Shown: in pieces, positions 35,824 to 44,767 of the stretch
Layout of the letters: the number at the start of each line of letters is the position of its first letter
Numbering within the stretch: position 1 is the first letter of the stretch
Source: Nitrosopumilaceae archaeon
GTDB taxonomy: Archaea; Thermoproteota; Nitrososphaeria; Nitrososphaerales; Nitrosopumilaceae
DNA: 64,000 nt
Assembly: GCA_024644385.1 (NCBI GenBank)
Contig: JAHELB010000003.1
Coordinates: forward strand, 4,223 to 68,222
Reading direction: 5' to 3'
Notes under the pieces: generated by a model
What the model saw: the letters and a program-made list of their open reading frames with translations, nothing else
What the model was told of the DNA's origin: nothing
The model's database searches: none
Program-made: the position numbers and the translations under genes

Positions 35824-36620
35824 TTCGATTTAACTGGTTTTTTAATTTCCGCTATTACCCAATCTTCAATTAATTGACAGGTTCTTGGACTGATTTCTCC
35901 ATCAATGGAACATTTCTGTTCAACAGGGCATACAAGACATGGAGCATTTTCAATAGATTGAGTACTGATGGGGGTTTTCTTTAAAATTAATTTGTATGTC
36001 CAACGGCCTTTTTCAAGAATTTTTTCTCTGTATATTGTTCCCATTCTTTCTAGTTTTAATGCAAGACGTGAACCATCTCTACTAGTAAGCTTTAGTTTTT
36101 TCCAGAGTTCACTTTGGAACATTCCTTCAGATTCTTTTTCGGCTAAAATATCACAAACTCTTGCTGTCAATCTTTCCATATCGACTTTTTCTATTTGAAA
36201 GTTTTCAATTTCGTTATCTGATAATTGTTCTTCTAATTCTTCCTCTAAAGTTTTTTCTTCCTCTCGTTTAATTTCTGCTAATTCTTTCTTTGTTAATTTT
36301 TTTGGTTTTACTGGTTTTTCTTCTGTTTTCTTTGTGGCCTTTTTAGTTTTGGTTGGTTTTTCTTCTGTTTTCTTTGTGGCCTTTTTAGTTTTGGTTGGTT
36401 TTTCTTCTGTTTTCTTTGTGGCCTTTTTAGTTTTGGTTGGTTTTTCTTTTATTTTCTTTGTGGCCTTTTTAGTTTTGGTTGGTTTTTCTTTTATTTTCTT
36501 TGTGGCCTTTTTAGTTTTGGTTGGTTTATTTGCAAGAATTTTAGATTTTTTCTTTAAGTCATCAATTTCTGCTTTGATTTTTGCGGCTTCTTCAATTAAA
36601 GTATCTTTTTTCTTTACCAT
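35820..36620 (-). CDS. RPC34/TFE-beta-like winged-helix protein with a C-terminal Cys cluster and an N-terminal Lys-rich tandem-repeat extension
   Basis: The C-terminus APCLVCPVEQKCSIDGEISPRTCQLIEDWV fits the PCxxCPxxxxCxxxGxISPxxCxYxxxW pattern of RPC34/TFE-beta. It is preceded by a wHTH-like MFQSELWKKLKLTSRDGSRLALKLERMG. The N-terminus is (E)KPTKTKKATKK(I/T)(K/E) repeated five times. Confidence 0.55.
   Translation of the reverse strand: MVKKKDTLIEEAAKIKAEIDDLKKKSKILANKPTKTKKATKKIKEKPTKTKKATKKIKEKPTKTKKATKKTEEKPTKTKKATKKTEEKPTKTKKATKKTEEKPVKPKKLTKKELAEIKREEEKTLEEELEEQLSDNEIENFQIEKVDMERLTARVCDILAEKESEGMFQSELWKKLKLTSRDGSRLALKLERMGTIYREKILEKGRWTYKLILKKTPISTQSIENAPCLVCPVEQKCSIDGEISPRTCQLIEDWVIAEIKKPVKSK
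36313..36522 (-). repeat. Five head-to-tail copies of a 42-bp coding repeat (14-aa KPTKTKKATKKxxE unit)
   Basis: Units begin at 36313, 36355, 36397, 36439 and 36481. Three are identical and two differ only in the ctgttt/ttattt segment. Degenerate partial copies flank the array. Confidence 0.95.
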
Positions 36621-36674
36621 TAAATCACCATTTTTTTAGATTTTTATTAATTTTCATTTTAAAATAATTCCTTC

Positions 36675-37136
36675 CTATTTAACAGTAAATTTCTCACTTG
36701 TAGTTATACTATTCTTTTGGTTTTGGTCAAGTAGATCTACTACTAATTCATATTCTCCAGGAATACCTACCAACTCGGAAAATGATTCCTCGCTTGGAAG
36801 AAATGGGTTTTCAATATCAAAACATTGATGGAAATAGCCACTTTGAGTAATCGCATTTTCATTAGAGGCATATATGGTAATGTATAGATCCCCACATGAA
36901 AACGATGGATCCTCAACTATAACCTGAACTTGAACAGGTTCTGATATTGAATATTGCTTTTCCAATCCAATAATTTTCATATTTTCACCTTGCAATTTTT
37001 CTCCAATTGAACCTACTTGCAATAAATTTAGTTCACGTCCGGGTTCTTGAAGAATGTCCATCATCACTATCGAACCAAAAATTACAGAAAAAACTACAGG
37101 TAAGACAAACACAACATAAGTTCCTCCCTTGACCAT
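36675..37136 (-). CDS. Membrane-anchored extracytoplasmic protein, unknown function
   Basis: N-terminal TM helix followed by a beta-rich ~110-aa domain. Confidence 0.55.
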   Translation of the reverse strand: MVKGGTYVVFVLPVVFSVIFGSIVMMDILQEPGRELNLLQVGSIGEKLQGENMKIIGLEKQYSISEPVQVQVIVEDPSFSCGDLYITIYASNENAITQSGYFHQCFDIENPFLPSEESFSELVGIPGEYELVVDLLDQNQKNSITTSEKFTVK

Positions 37137-37238
37137 TTTGATTTCTCACAGACGATTCCCCTATATCTGTTTAACAAATTTTTTGTTCAAGAGGAATTTG
37201 ACGAATGAGTTAAATCGTAGTCAACTAAGTATCGCTAG

Positions 37239-39338
37239 ATGCGACTAAGAAAATTTAGAGTTAGGGCATATCGTTGCATTCATGATTCCGGCGAAATAAC
37301 TGTAGGTGATTTGGCAGCTTTTGTTGGGAGAAATGAAAGTGGGAAAACAACAATTTTGCAAGCACTTACTTTATTGAATAAAGATGAAGTAATCTCTGAA
37401 TTGGATCTTTGCGATGAAATGTTTGAAGAACTTAAAGAAGAAATTAGATTAGCAGAGGGAGATTTTGAATTAAATCAAAGGGAAACTAATATGGTAAAGG
37501 AAAAATTTCCAAATTTACCAGAAGTCAAAAAAATTAAAATATTTAGGACAAATAAAAAACAAGAAGTCCAATATGAATTCGAAAATATAAAGATTAGTGA
37601 GAAATCAGATGGAAGTTTGAATTCTTGGGAAAATTTTTCCAAACGAATGTTAGAATTTTTGGAAACAATTCCGAATCATCTTAGAATACAAATAAATACA
37701 AAATTTTTTGAGGATCCTGCTCCAAAAAATCAATTAGAGTTTGATACAGGCCTATCCGAATTTAGTAATCAATTTCATGTTGTGGCAATACAAGATACCA
37801 AAGTAATTGAAGAATGGGAAAAAATTTATGCGAAACCAGAAAATCAATTTTCCAATTTACTTTCAGGAGGTAGCGAAAAATTAGCTTTGGAGAACTTTTT
37901 CTCTACTCAATTACATCCAAGATTTGTTTACTTTTCGGACTATAAGAAAATCTATGGGAATATCAATCTAAATGAATACATCAGGGATGAGAAAAGAGAA
38001 AGAGGAGAATCGATAGAGTATATTGAAGAATTTGACAAGGCAGAAACTGTTAGGAATCTTTTCTATTTAGCAGAATTAGACATAAATGAGCTAGAAGCCG
38101 TAAGAGATAGTCCATCAAGGTGTATCAAACTTCTCAATACAGCAAGTAATAGATTGACCAAAAAATTAAATCCTGCTTGGAAAGGAGATCCTATTCATGT
38201 TGAATTAAGATACAATCCTGGAAACATCATGAGTGTTGTTATTTCGGATGTTCACAGAGATGGAACAGTTACAAACACTGGATTGTTAAATAGAAGAGCT
38301 GAGGGTTTTAAGTGGACTTTTTCTTTTATTGTAAACTTTGCAGCAGAAACTCAAAGAGCTGAGCTTAAAGAGGCCATACTTCTTTTAGATGAGCCAGCAA
38401 GAAATCTACATCCAACTCAACAACGAGGAATTTCAGATTTACTGAAAAACCTGGCAGGTTCAAATCAAGTTTTATATGCAACACATTCTCCATTCATGAT
38501 TTTTGATTATTCTCCTGGTAATTTGTTAGTAGTAGAGTTGGACAAGAGGAAACATCTTAGTAGAATTTTTTATGATTATTGGAATGCAGATGATAAAACA
38601 CTAACACCCATACTTTATGGACTAGCAAGAGGATTAGTGGATTCTATCGTAGATAGAGAAATTGGGAGGAATTCCAGACCAGTCATTATCGTAGAAACCA
38701 TGTCTGATTCAATGTATCTAAATTCTTTTGATAAATTTCTTCAAGACCCAAACATTTCAATGAATCCATTAAATGTTGTTTCTGCTTTTAATAAAAATGC
38801 CGTATTACCACTTGCAATATTTTATAGGAACCACGGTTACAATACATTTGTTTTATTAGATAACACCGAAGAGTCAAAACAAATTTCTTCACAACTCGTT
38901 GCAAATGAATTTTCTCCTATTCAAACAATAATTTTTGAAAAAGATGGAAAACTTTTAGAGTCCATTGAAGATTATTTGGTCCTTGAAGATTATCTTTACG
39001 CAGTAAATCAAACATATGAAATTAAACTTAGACAAGAAGGATATTCCAATCTTACCCCTGAATTGGTAATTTCCAAGAAAAAGAAAGGAGTTGTGGAAGA
39101 CCTAAAGTCCATTTGGGAGGAACACAAAGACGATGATTGGAATGAATTTGATAATGAAGAGATTACTAGGTATATTTGTGAAAAAATTACCTTAGGTGAG
39201 ACCGATTTTCTTTCAGATAAAACCAAAGATCAATTTCGTTCACTCTATCGCCTTATTGCCGAACGGATACGACAATATCAAAATGCAGGCATCAGGACTG
39301 ATTTGGATAAATTTCGAAAGCCCCAAAAATCAGATTAA
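37239..39338 (+). CDS. ABC/AAA-type ATPase fused to a TOPRIM-like C-terminal module (OLD-family / AbiL / PARIS-like architecture)
   Basis: Walker A GRNESGKT (37326-37349), signature-like LNRRAEGFKWTFSF, Walker B ILLLDEP (D384/E385 at 38388-38393) and H-loop YATHSP. The C-terminal part carries VIIVETMSDSMYL (E486), FVLLDNTEE (D541) and ESIEDYL. Confidence 0.65.
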   Translation: MRLRKFRVRAYRCIHDSGEITVGDLAAFVGRNESGKTTILQALTLLNKDEVISELDLCDEMFEELKEEIRLAEGDFELNQRETNMVKEKFPNLPEVKKIKIFRTNKKQEVQYEFENIKISEKSDGSLNSWENFSKRMLEFLETIPNHLRIQINTKFFEDPAPKNQLEFDTGLSEFSNQFHVVAIQDTKVIEEWEKIYAKPENQFSNLLSGGSEKLALENFFSTQLHPRFVYFSDYKKIYGNINLNEYIRDEKRERGESIEYIEEFDKAETVRNLFYLAELDINELEAVRDSPSRCIKLLNTASNRLTKKLNPAWKGDPIHVELRYNPGNIMSVVISDVHRDGTVTNTGLLNRRAEGFKWTFSFIVNFAAETQRAELKEAILLLDEPARNLHPTQQRGISDLLKNLAGSNQVLYATHSPFMIFDYSPGNLLVVELDKRKHLSRIFYDYWNADDKTLTPILYGLARGLVDSIVDREIGRNSRPVIIVETMSDSMYLNSFDKFLQDPNISMNPLNVVSAFNKNAVLPLAIFYRNHGYNTFVLLDNTEESKQISSQLVANEFSPIQTIIFEKDGKLLESIEDYLVLEDYLYAVNQTYEIKLRQEGYSNLTPELVISKKKKGVVEDLKSIWEEHKDDDWNEFDNEEITRYICEKITLGETDFLSDKTKDQFRSLYRLIAERIRQYQNAGIRTDLDKFRKPQKSD

Positions 39339-39431
39339 TGAAGGTTTCTTATAATAGAGACTCTAATTTCAAATCTAAAAGTGAAAAATATTCAATTAAG
39401 GTTTAATTTAGAGATGGAGTGGACATTATCT

Positions 39432-41564
39432 ATGAATGAATCCTCTATGAGAGGAATTTTCCTTTCTTTATTTTTGGTGTTTACTTTAACAGTAATATTA
39501 ATTCCAATTAATGCATATGCAGCTGATTTAATTGTAGAAAGTGTTTCATATGAAAAAAGTACAATTTTAGAGATTACAAACGAAGGAGAAAAAGACGTTT
39601 ACTCCATTAGAATTTGGTTACCAGATGATTTTAATTTTGAATTTTTTAAAACTGAAAGTGGCTGGACTGGTGAACGAACACCGCAAGGTGTAATTGTTTT
39701 TTCTTCTGTCGAACCAATTAAGAATGGAGAATCTGTTAAATTTGGAGTTCAAACAAATGAATCAAAACCTGGAATAAACTGGAAGGCTTTAGATAAAGAA
39801 GGGGAACAAATAGAAATTGGAAAATCTATTGGGGATGACTGGTCTGATAAAATAAAAATCTCATCGAATACAAGTGTTATTGAAGGGATTTTAGAGAATT
39901 CCTCATTTAGAATAATACCAGAAAAACCAAACGCTGGAGGAACTATTCGAGTTACTGGAGATAATTTTGGTCTTTCACAACAATTGGACTTTTTTATCAA
40001 TACTCAAAAAATGGGATCGTTTTTTACTGATACGAGAGGTCATTTTATAACTACTTTTCAAATTCCAGATAATCAAGAAGCTGATCGAGTAGACTTTTTG
40101 GTCAAAGACAAGGTTGGAAAAGAGATCACATATAGTCTTAGATTAGGAGAACAGGGCACACAGATTCCAGAGACGGAGATTGTAAAACTTACGATCAAAG
40201 GGATCCCAGAGGTAATGTTTAGAGGAGACTTTTTGGAGATTTCAGGAACTGCACTTCCTGGAAGTGCGATAACTGCTTCAATTAAAAATCCAAATGATGA
40301 GATAATTAACACGAGAACTGCCGAAGTTAGTGCAAAGGGAACTTGGCAACTACCCGAACCAATAATTGTGCCACTTGAAGCCCCCTTTGGAAAGTATAGT
40401 GCCGAGATTTCGGATGGAAGAGAGAGTATTTTCAAGTCTTGGACGGTTGAATCCTCCAAAGTCATCGTGATAGCTCCAACCAAATTAAAATATGTTCCTG
40501 GTGAGACTTTAAAATATAACGGAACGGCCTTGCCAAACCAATCCATTGAATTGATTCTTGAGGATCCGCTAGGAAATGAGAAAGTTTCAGATATATTTAA
40601 TTTGGATAAAACAGGAATTGTAGAGTTTTCCTACCCTACAACGGCAAATATTGACAAAGAGGGAACTTGGACCTTAATAGCTACCCAGGGGAAAAATAAA
40701 GAATTAATTTATGCTGGGTTGGGAGAACTTCCATCCATCCCTGTTAATTTAGAATTTAACAAGTTAAATTACAAACCCACAGAAGATGCAATAATTTCGC
40801 TAACGGGACAACCCTCAGAAGTATTAACTTTGTTAATAATTGACCCTTCTGATAAACCAAAAGGAGACGCCATTCAAATTAAATTAGAACAAGATGGAAG
40901 GGGTATTCATACTTTGGATCTTAATGGCTATTCTTCTGGAGTTTATTCTGCCGTAGCTAGTAAGGGATCTGCTAAAAGTACTGAAATTTTCACCGTAGGT
41001 CTGCAGACAGGATCTGGTGAAATAAAAATTGGAACAACCAAATTAAGTTATGAGCCAGGAGACCCCGTTTTAATTTTAGGTGAAACTAAACCTAATACTC
41101 TTCTTGATTTAATATTATTAGACCCTGATGACAAAGAGATAAAAACAAAACTGACTTTTTCAGACAAACAAGGAAAGATTACTGAAAGTTCCTTTAGGAT
41201 TCCTTCTGAAGCAAAACCTGGAATTTGGACTATTAAAGCAACTAGTGGTTCCAATTTTTTTAATACTGAATTTGAAATAACAGCTATCCAAGCAGAGGGC
41301 CTAGCAATATCTGTGGAAGAGGGAGATATAATACCAGGTGTGGGTAAAACTATCACAATTAAAGTGGTAGGCGCCAAACATACCGTAAATATCGATATTG
41401 TCTCAAGCGATGGAGAAATAATCGAAGAATTAGCCTTCCCTGCTTCCAAGGATGGCAGAATAAATCAACCTTGGGTAATTCCTTCAGGAACTGAACCTGG
41501 CACCTATACCTTCAAGGCCGAGGATCCTTTCGATGATGCTGAAACCACTTTTATTATCAAATAA
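39432..41564 (+). CDS. Large secreted protein built from ~7 Ig/MG-like (macroglobulin-type) beta-sandwich repeats
   Basis: Signal peptide MRGIFLSLFLVFTLTVILIPINAYA. A recurring ...GxWTLxAxxG...F.V pattern appears (GTWTLIATQG, GIWTIKATSG, GTYTFKAED, GKYSAEISDG). The track start is the GTG at 39381; I prefer the ATG at 39432. Confidence 0.7.
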   Translation: MNESSMRGIFLSLFLVFTLTVILIPINAYAADLIVESVSYEKSTILEITNEGEKDVYSIRIWLPDDFNFEFFKTESGWTGERTPQGVIVFSSVEPIKNGESVKFGVQTNESKPGINWKALDKEGEQIEIGKSIGDDWSDKIKISSNTSVIEGILENSSFRIIPEKPNAGGTIRVTGDNFGLSQQLDFFINTQKMGSFFTDTRGHFITTFQIPDNQEADRVDFLVKDKVGKEITYSLRLGEQGTQIPETEIVKLTIKGIPEVMFRGDFLEISGTALPGSAITASIKNPNDEIINTRTAEVSAKGTWQLPEPIIVPLEAPFGKYSAEISDGRESIFKSWTVESSKVIVIAPTKLKYVPGETLKYNGTALPNQSIELILEDPLGNEKVSDIFNLDKTGIVEFSYPTTANIDKEGTWTLIATQGKNKELIYAGLGELPSIPVNLEFNKLNYKPTEDAIISLTGQPSEVLTLLIIDPSDKPKGDAIQIKLEQDGRGIHTLDLNGYSSGVYSAVASKGSAKSTEIFTVGLQTGSGEIKIGTTKLSYEPGDPVLILGETKPNTLLDLILLDPDDKEIKTKLTFSDKQGKITESSFRIPSEAKPGIWTIKATSGSNFFNTEFEITAIQAEGLAISVEEGDIIPGVGKTITIKVVGAKHTVNIDIVSSDGEIIEELAFPASKDGRINQPWVIPSGTEPGTYTFKAEDPFDDAETTFIIK

Positions 41565-41603
41565 CTTCAAACAATTTTATTTTACCCTATTTCGATTAAA
41601 CCT

Positions 41604-42116
41604 ATGAATCTAAAAGATAAAATTTCTGAATATCCCAACTTTCCTAAAAAAGGAGTTTTGTTTCGTGACTTTAGTCCACTCTTAAAGGATCCCCCCGCAA
41701 TGTCATTTATTGCCGATGAATTTACAAAAATTTTCCATCCTAAGGATGTTGATTTGTTTGCTGGAATAGAGTCAAGAGGGTTTCTGCTAGCAAGTATTCT
41801 TGCCATCAGATACAATAAAGGTATGATTATGATAAGAAAAGCCAACAAATTACCTGGGAAGACAATCAAGTTATCATACAAAATTGAATATGGTAAAGAT
41901 ACCATCGAAATTCAAAAAGATGTGATAAAAAAAAGTCAAAAAATTGTTATCTGTGATGATTTACTTGCAACAGGTGGAACTGCGGGAGCATCTGCAAAAC
42001 TAATAGAAAAAGTTGGGGGAAAGATAACTGGTTTTGCATTTATAATTGAATTAACCGAGTTGGGCGGAATAAAAAAAATTAGTAAATACAAATCTAAATC
42101 ATTGGTGAAATACTAG
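41604..42116 (+). CDS. apt: Adenine phosphoribosyltransferase
   Basis: PRPP motif [13 protein letters not shown] and [10 protein letters not shown]. Confidence 0.9.
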   Translation: MNLKDKISEYPNFPKKGVLFRDFSPLLKDPPAMSFIADEFTKIFHPKDVDLFAGIESRGFLLASILAIRYNKGMIMIRKANKLPGKTIKLSYKIEYGKDTIEIQKDVIKKSQKIVICDDLLATGGTAGASAKLIEKVGGKITGFAFIIELTELGGIKKISKYKSKSLVKY

Positions 42117-42907
42117 TGGAAAGAGATGTAGAGATAGGAATTTTTGGTGGAACGGGAATTTATGACTCTGGTCTCCTTGAAAATTCTCAAGAAATAACAA
42201 TTGACACTCCATTTGGAAAACCATCGGATTCAATAACAGTGGGATTTTTCAAAGGAAGGAAAATTGCCTTTTTGCCAAGACATGGCAAAAAACATGCTAT
42301 TGCACCACACATGATAAACTATAGGGCAAACATTTGGGCTTTCAAGGAACTAGGCATCTCAAGAATTATTGCGCCATCAGCGGTAGGAAGTTTAAAAGAA
42401 GAAATTGAGCCTGGTCACTTTGCTCTACCATCGCAGTTTTTGGATTTTACTAAATCAAGAAAGGGATCCTTTTCAGAGGAGGGGCGAGTAATTCATATTT
42501 CAGTGGCAGATCCATTCTGTCCAGAATTACAAGATTCAATTAAAAAAGTGGTAAACGAACAAGGGCATAAAATTCACAATGCATGTACTTATGTATGCAT
42601 TGAGGGCCCAAGATTTTCAACCAAAGCAGAATCTAGGTTCTATAGAACAACGGGTGCAGATATTATTGGAATGACTTTAGTTCCTGAATGTCAACTTGCA
42701 AGGGAAGGGCAAATGTGTTACGCTTCAATTTCCACAGTAACTGATTATGATGTTTGGGCCGAAAAACCTGTTACTGCCAAAGAAGTACTAGAAACACTTG
42801 GGAAAAATGTTGAAAAAACAAAAAAATTATTGGTGGATTTAATAGAAAATATCCCTACAACAAGACAATGCAATTGTGTCAAAGCTTTGGAAGAAGCTGA
42901 ATTTTAG
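42116..42907 (+). CDS. mtnP: S-methyl-5'-thioadenosine phosphorylase
   Basis: GTG start. GIFGGTG, FLPRHG and [10 protein letters not shown] motifs. Confidence 0.9.
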   Translation: MERDVEIGIFGGTGIYDSGLLENSQEITIDTPFGKPSDSITVGFFKGRKIAFLPRHGKKHAIAPHMINYRANIWAFKELGISRIIAPSAVGSLKEEIEPGHFALPSQFLDFTKSRKGSFSEEGRVIHISVADPFCPELQDSIKKVVNEQGHKIHNACTYVCIEGPRFSTKAESRFYRTTGADIIGMTLVPECQLAREGQMCYASISTVTDYDVWAEKPVTAKEVLETLGKNVEKTKKLLVDLIENIPTTRQCNCVKALEEAEF

Positions 42908-43188
42908 TCATCAACAAAAGATTCTTTTTTTAATCCCTCTGGAAGGTTTAGATCACCGTGTAAAAGATTGTTCTGTAAGTTCATAATTATTTCATCCACA
43001 TTGTACCCAAGTGACTCTAATTCTCTTTCGGTGGATTTTGATATTTTTGCTCCAATATTTTGTCCTCCGATTCTACCAAAGGCTATCGCTGTAAATCGGA
43101 AGGAGTGATTATCAATCGTAAAATTTCCTGTAATTTTAGCAGCCATTTGACTCCCATGAACATTATTAATGTTGACTATAAGGTCCAT
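42904..43188 (-). CDS. Hypothetical 94-aa protein
   Basis: ORF only. It is the last gene of a tight three-gene minus-strand unit. Confidence 0.5.
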   Translation of the reverse strand: MDLIVNINNVHGSQMAAKITGNFTIDNHSFRFTAIAFGRIGGQNIGAKISKSTERELESLGYNVDEIIMNLQNNLLHGDLNLPEGLKKESFVDD

Positions 43189-43196
43189 TTCAAAAA

Positions 43197-43595
43197 TTAA
43201 ATTTCAACTGCAGTATTAACGTGGTCATCAACAAGAAAACTCCAATGGTTATCATCCTCAACCTTGTAATCTTTAACATTTAATGGGATCACTTTTTCAT
43301 CAATACACTCATGTTTGAGTTCATCATTTTCTTTTATCTTTACTAATTTCCATTTGTATTTTCCTTGCTGAAGTTTACATATAGTTACAGCCCATTTTGC
43401 GTCAGGCCCAATCTTTGGCATACCTACTAAATCAGCCAGTTCTTCAATACCTAGTTGTTTTTCTTCACAAAATTTCTTTTTACAATTAGCACATCTCCAA
43501 ACATCAACGGAACCGATCGTTCTCTCGTCTATATTGATGTTAATTACTCCAAAGTATACCGGTTGATGCTTGCACGACTCTGTATCAATGTTCAA
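43197..43595 (-). CDS. Hypothetical protein with a Cys4-type zinc-ribbon-like N-terminus
   Basis: CKHQ...CANCKKKFC. Confidence 0.5.
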   Translation of the reverse strand: MNIDTESCKHQPVYFGVININIDERTIGSVDVWRCANCKKKFCEEKQLGIEELADLVGMPKIGPDAKWAVTICKLQQGKYKWKLVKIKENDELKHECIDEKVIPLNVKDYKVEDDNHWSFLVDDHVNTAVEI

Positions 43596-43617
43596 TGCTG
43601 TTCACCGATAACTTGCA

Positions 43618-43971
43618 TTATTTAGTTCTTGCATCTTCATAGGGTTTTTCAAGTATTACACCTATACTATCTACTATTTTGTTTCGTTTAAATTCGATCT
43701 TTTCTCTTTCACAAAACCGCCTATACATATTAACAGCAGTAAATCTAGGATGCATGGCCTCAAATTCTTTTTCAGAGATATCGATAAACGCACCCAAGGC
43801 CAAAAGCTCCTTTGCGGTTTTAAAGGCAAGATCCTTTGAAATATTTAGTTTTTCTGCAATTTGTTGATAACTCATTTGTCCATAGCAGGTAATTAAAAGA
43901 AAAATTTTTGCTTGAAGGGAATTTAATTTAATTTCAGAAATTAGTTTCTCCTCAATTAATGATGTATCCAT
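43618..43971 (-). CDS. TrmB-like winged-helix transcriptional regulator
   Basis: LNSLQAKIFLLITCYGQMSYQQIAEKLNISKDLAFKTAKELLALGA is a wHTH. Confidence 0.6.
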   Translation of the reverse strand: MDTSLIEEKLISEIKLNSLQAKIFLLITCYGQMSYQQIAEKLNISKDLAFKTAKELLALGAFIDISEKEFEAMHPRFTAVNMYRRFCEREKIEFKRNKIVDSIGVILEKPYEDARTK

Positions 43972-44009
43972 AAATTTGAAACAATTTTCAAATAAATAAA
44001 GGATATTTT

Positions 44010-44246
44010 TTAATCCTGTTTTTTAATAAATTTTTTTGATATTTTTAAAGAAAACCCCATGGCGATAAAATGAATGATAGCACCAACTATTATTGCCTGA
44101 AGAAGATCATTCAGAATTAGCCATGCTAAAAGAAATGAGGAGAGTGAAGGAATAATTACGAAAAGTGCGATAACGGTACTTTTAAGAAAAACTTCTTTTT
44201 TGGTTAGGTTATCTGATTTTTTTTCCTCGGACAACGGATTAGTCAT
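44010..44246 (-). CDS. Small membrane protein (2 TM)
   Basis: The track ORF reaches 44345. The internal ATG at 44246 (MTNPLSEEKK...) avoids overlap with the divergent gene. Confidence 0.45.
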   Translation of the reverse strand: MTNPLSEEKKSDNLTKKEVFLKSTVIALFVIIPSLSSFLLAWLILNDLLQAIIVGAIIHFIAMGFSLKISKKFIKKQD

Positions 44247-44365
44247 GGCATCTGACAATAAAAACCAAAGATACTTTATATTTGGTAAACACAGATTTTT
44301 TCTGTTTGGCAAGTTACAAGGGAACCTATTCCAATGAACAATCACTAAATTTTGTAATTCCTGTA

Positions 44366-44767
44366 ATGATAATTCTTTTCCTTGGAATAATTTATGTCAT
44401 GACTCAAAGATCGGGTTCTGGTTTTGTTAGTTTCATTTTAATTGGTGTGGCAGCACTTACTATGATCTATTGGGCCAGAGTAGTAAAAAAAATGACCAAG
44501 GAGCAAAAACCTGTATTCTCAGCAGGAGAACAAGAGGCAAAAAACTGGGTATATGACCTTATCAAAGGAGATGGAGATTTTGTTTTTGTTGCTGAAGTCC
44601 CTGGACCAGAGGATAAGATAATGGTACGGTTGATTGATGGTGTTTTGTATATACGGGGTTCAGCAAATTTCTCAAAAGAAGTTCCAATAGAAGGTTCAAA
44701 TACTATGCAAATTTTTGATTTTAAATATCGAAATGGTGTTTTGACATTAAGAATTAAAAAAGATTAG
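44366..44767 (+). CDS. Membrane-anchored Hsp20/alpha-crystallin-domain protein
   Basis: Two N-terminal TM helices precede FVFVAEVPGPEDKIMVRLIDGVLYIRG...YRNGVLTLRIKK (ACD). I prefer the ATG at 44366 over the track start at 44282. Confidence 0.65.
   Translation: MIILFLGIIYVMTQRSGSGFVSFILIGVAALTMIYWARVVKKMTKEQKPVFSAGEQEAKNWVYDLIKGDGDFVFVAEVPGPEDKIMVRLIDGVLYIRGSANFSKEVPIEGSNTMQIFDFKYRNGVLTLRIKKD

Noticed and set aside
36334-36639. 101-aa plus-strand ORF (FLVLVGFSS repeats). I also asked whether the 42-bp repeats could be a CRISPR-like array.
   Set aside because: The ORF is the antisense frame of the coding tandem repeat. The units are contiguous with no spacers and lie in frame within a protein, so this is not a CRISPR array.
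40073-41449. Minus-strand ORFs (157 aa and 133 aa) inside the MG-repeat protein gene. The same reasoning applies to 39749-40000, 44945-45349, 46398-46964 and 47839-48306.
   Set aside because: They are antisense to genes with clear domain signatures and have no motifs of their own.
41582-41905. 107-aa minus-strand ORF overlapping apt
   Set aside because: apt on the plus strand has the PRPP-binding motif. The antisense ORF is hydrophobic noise.
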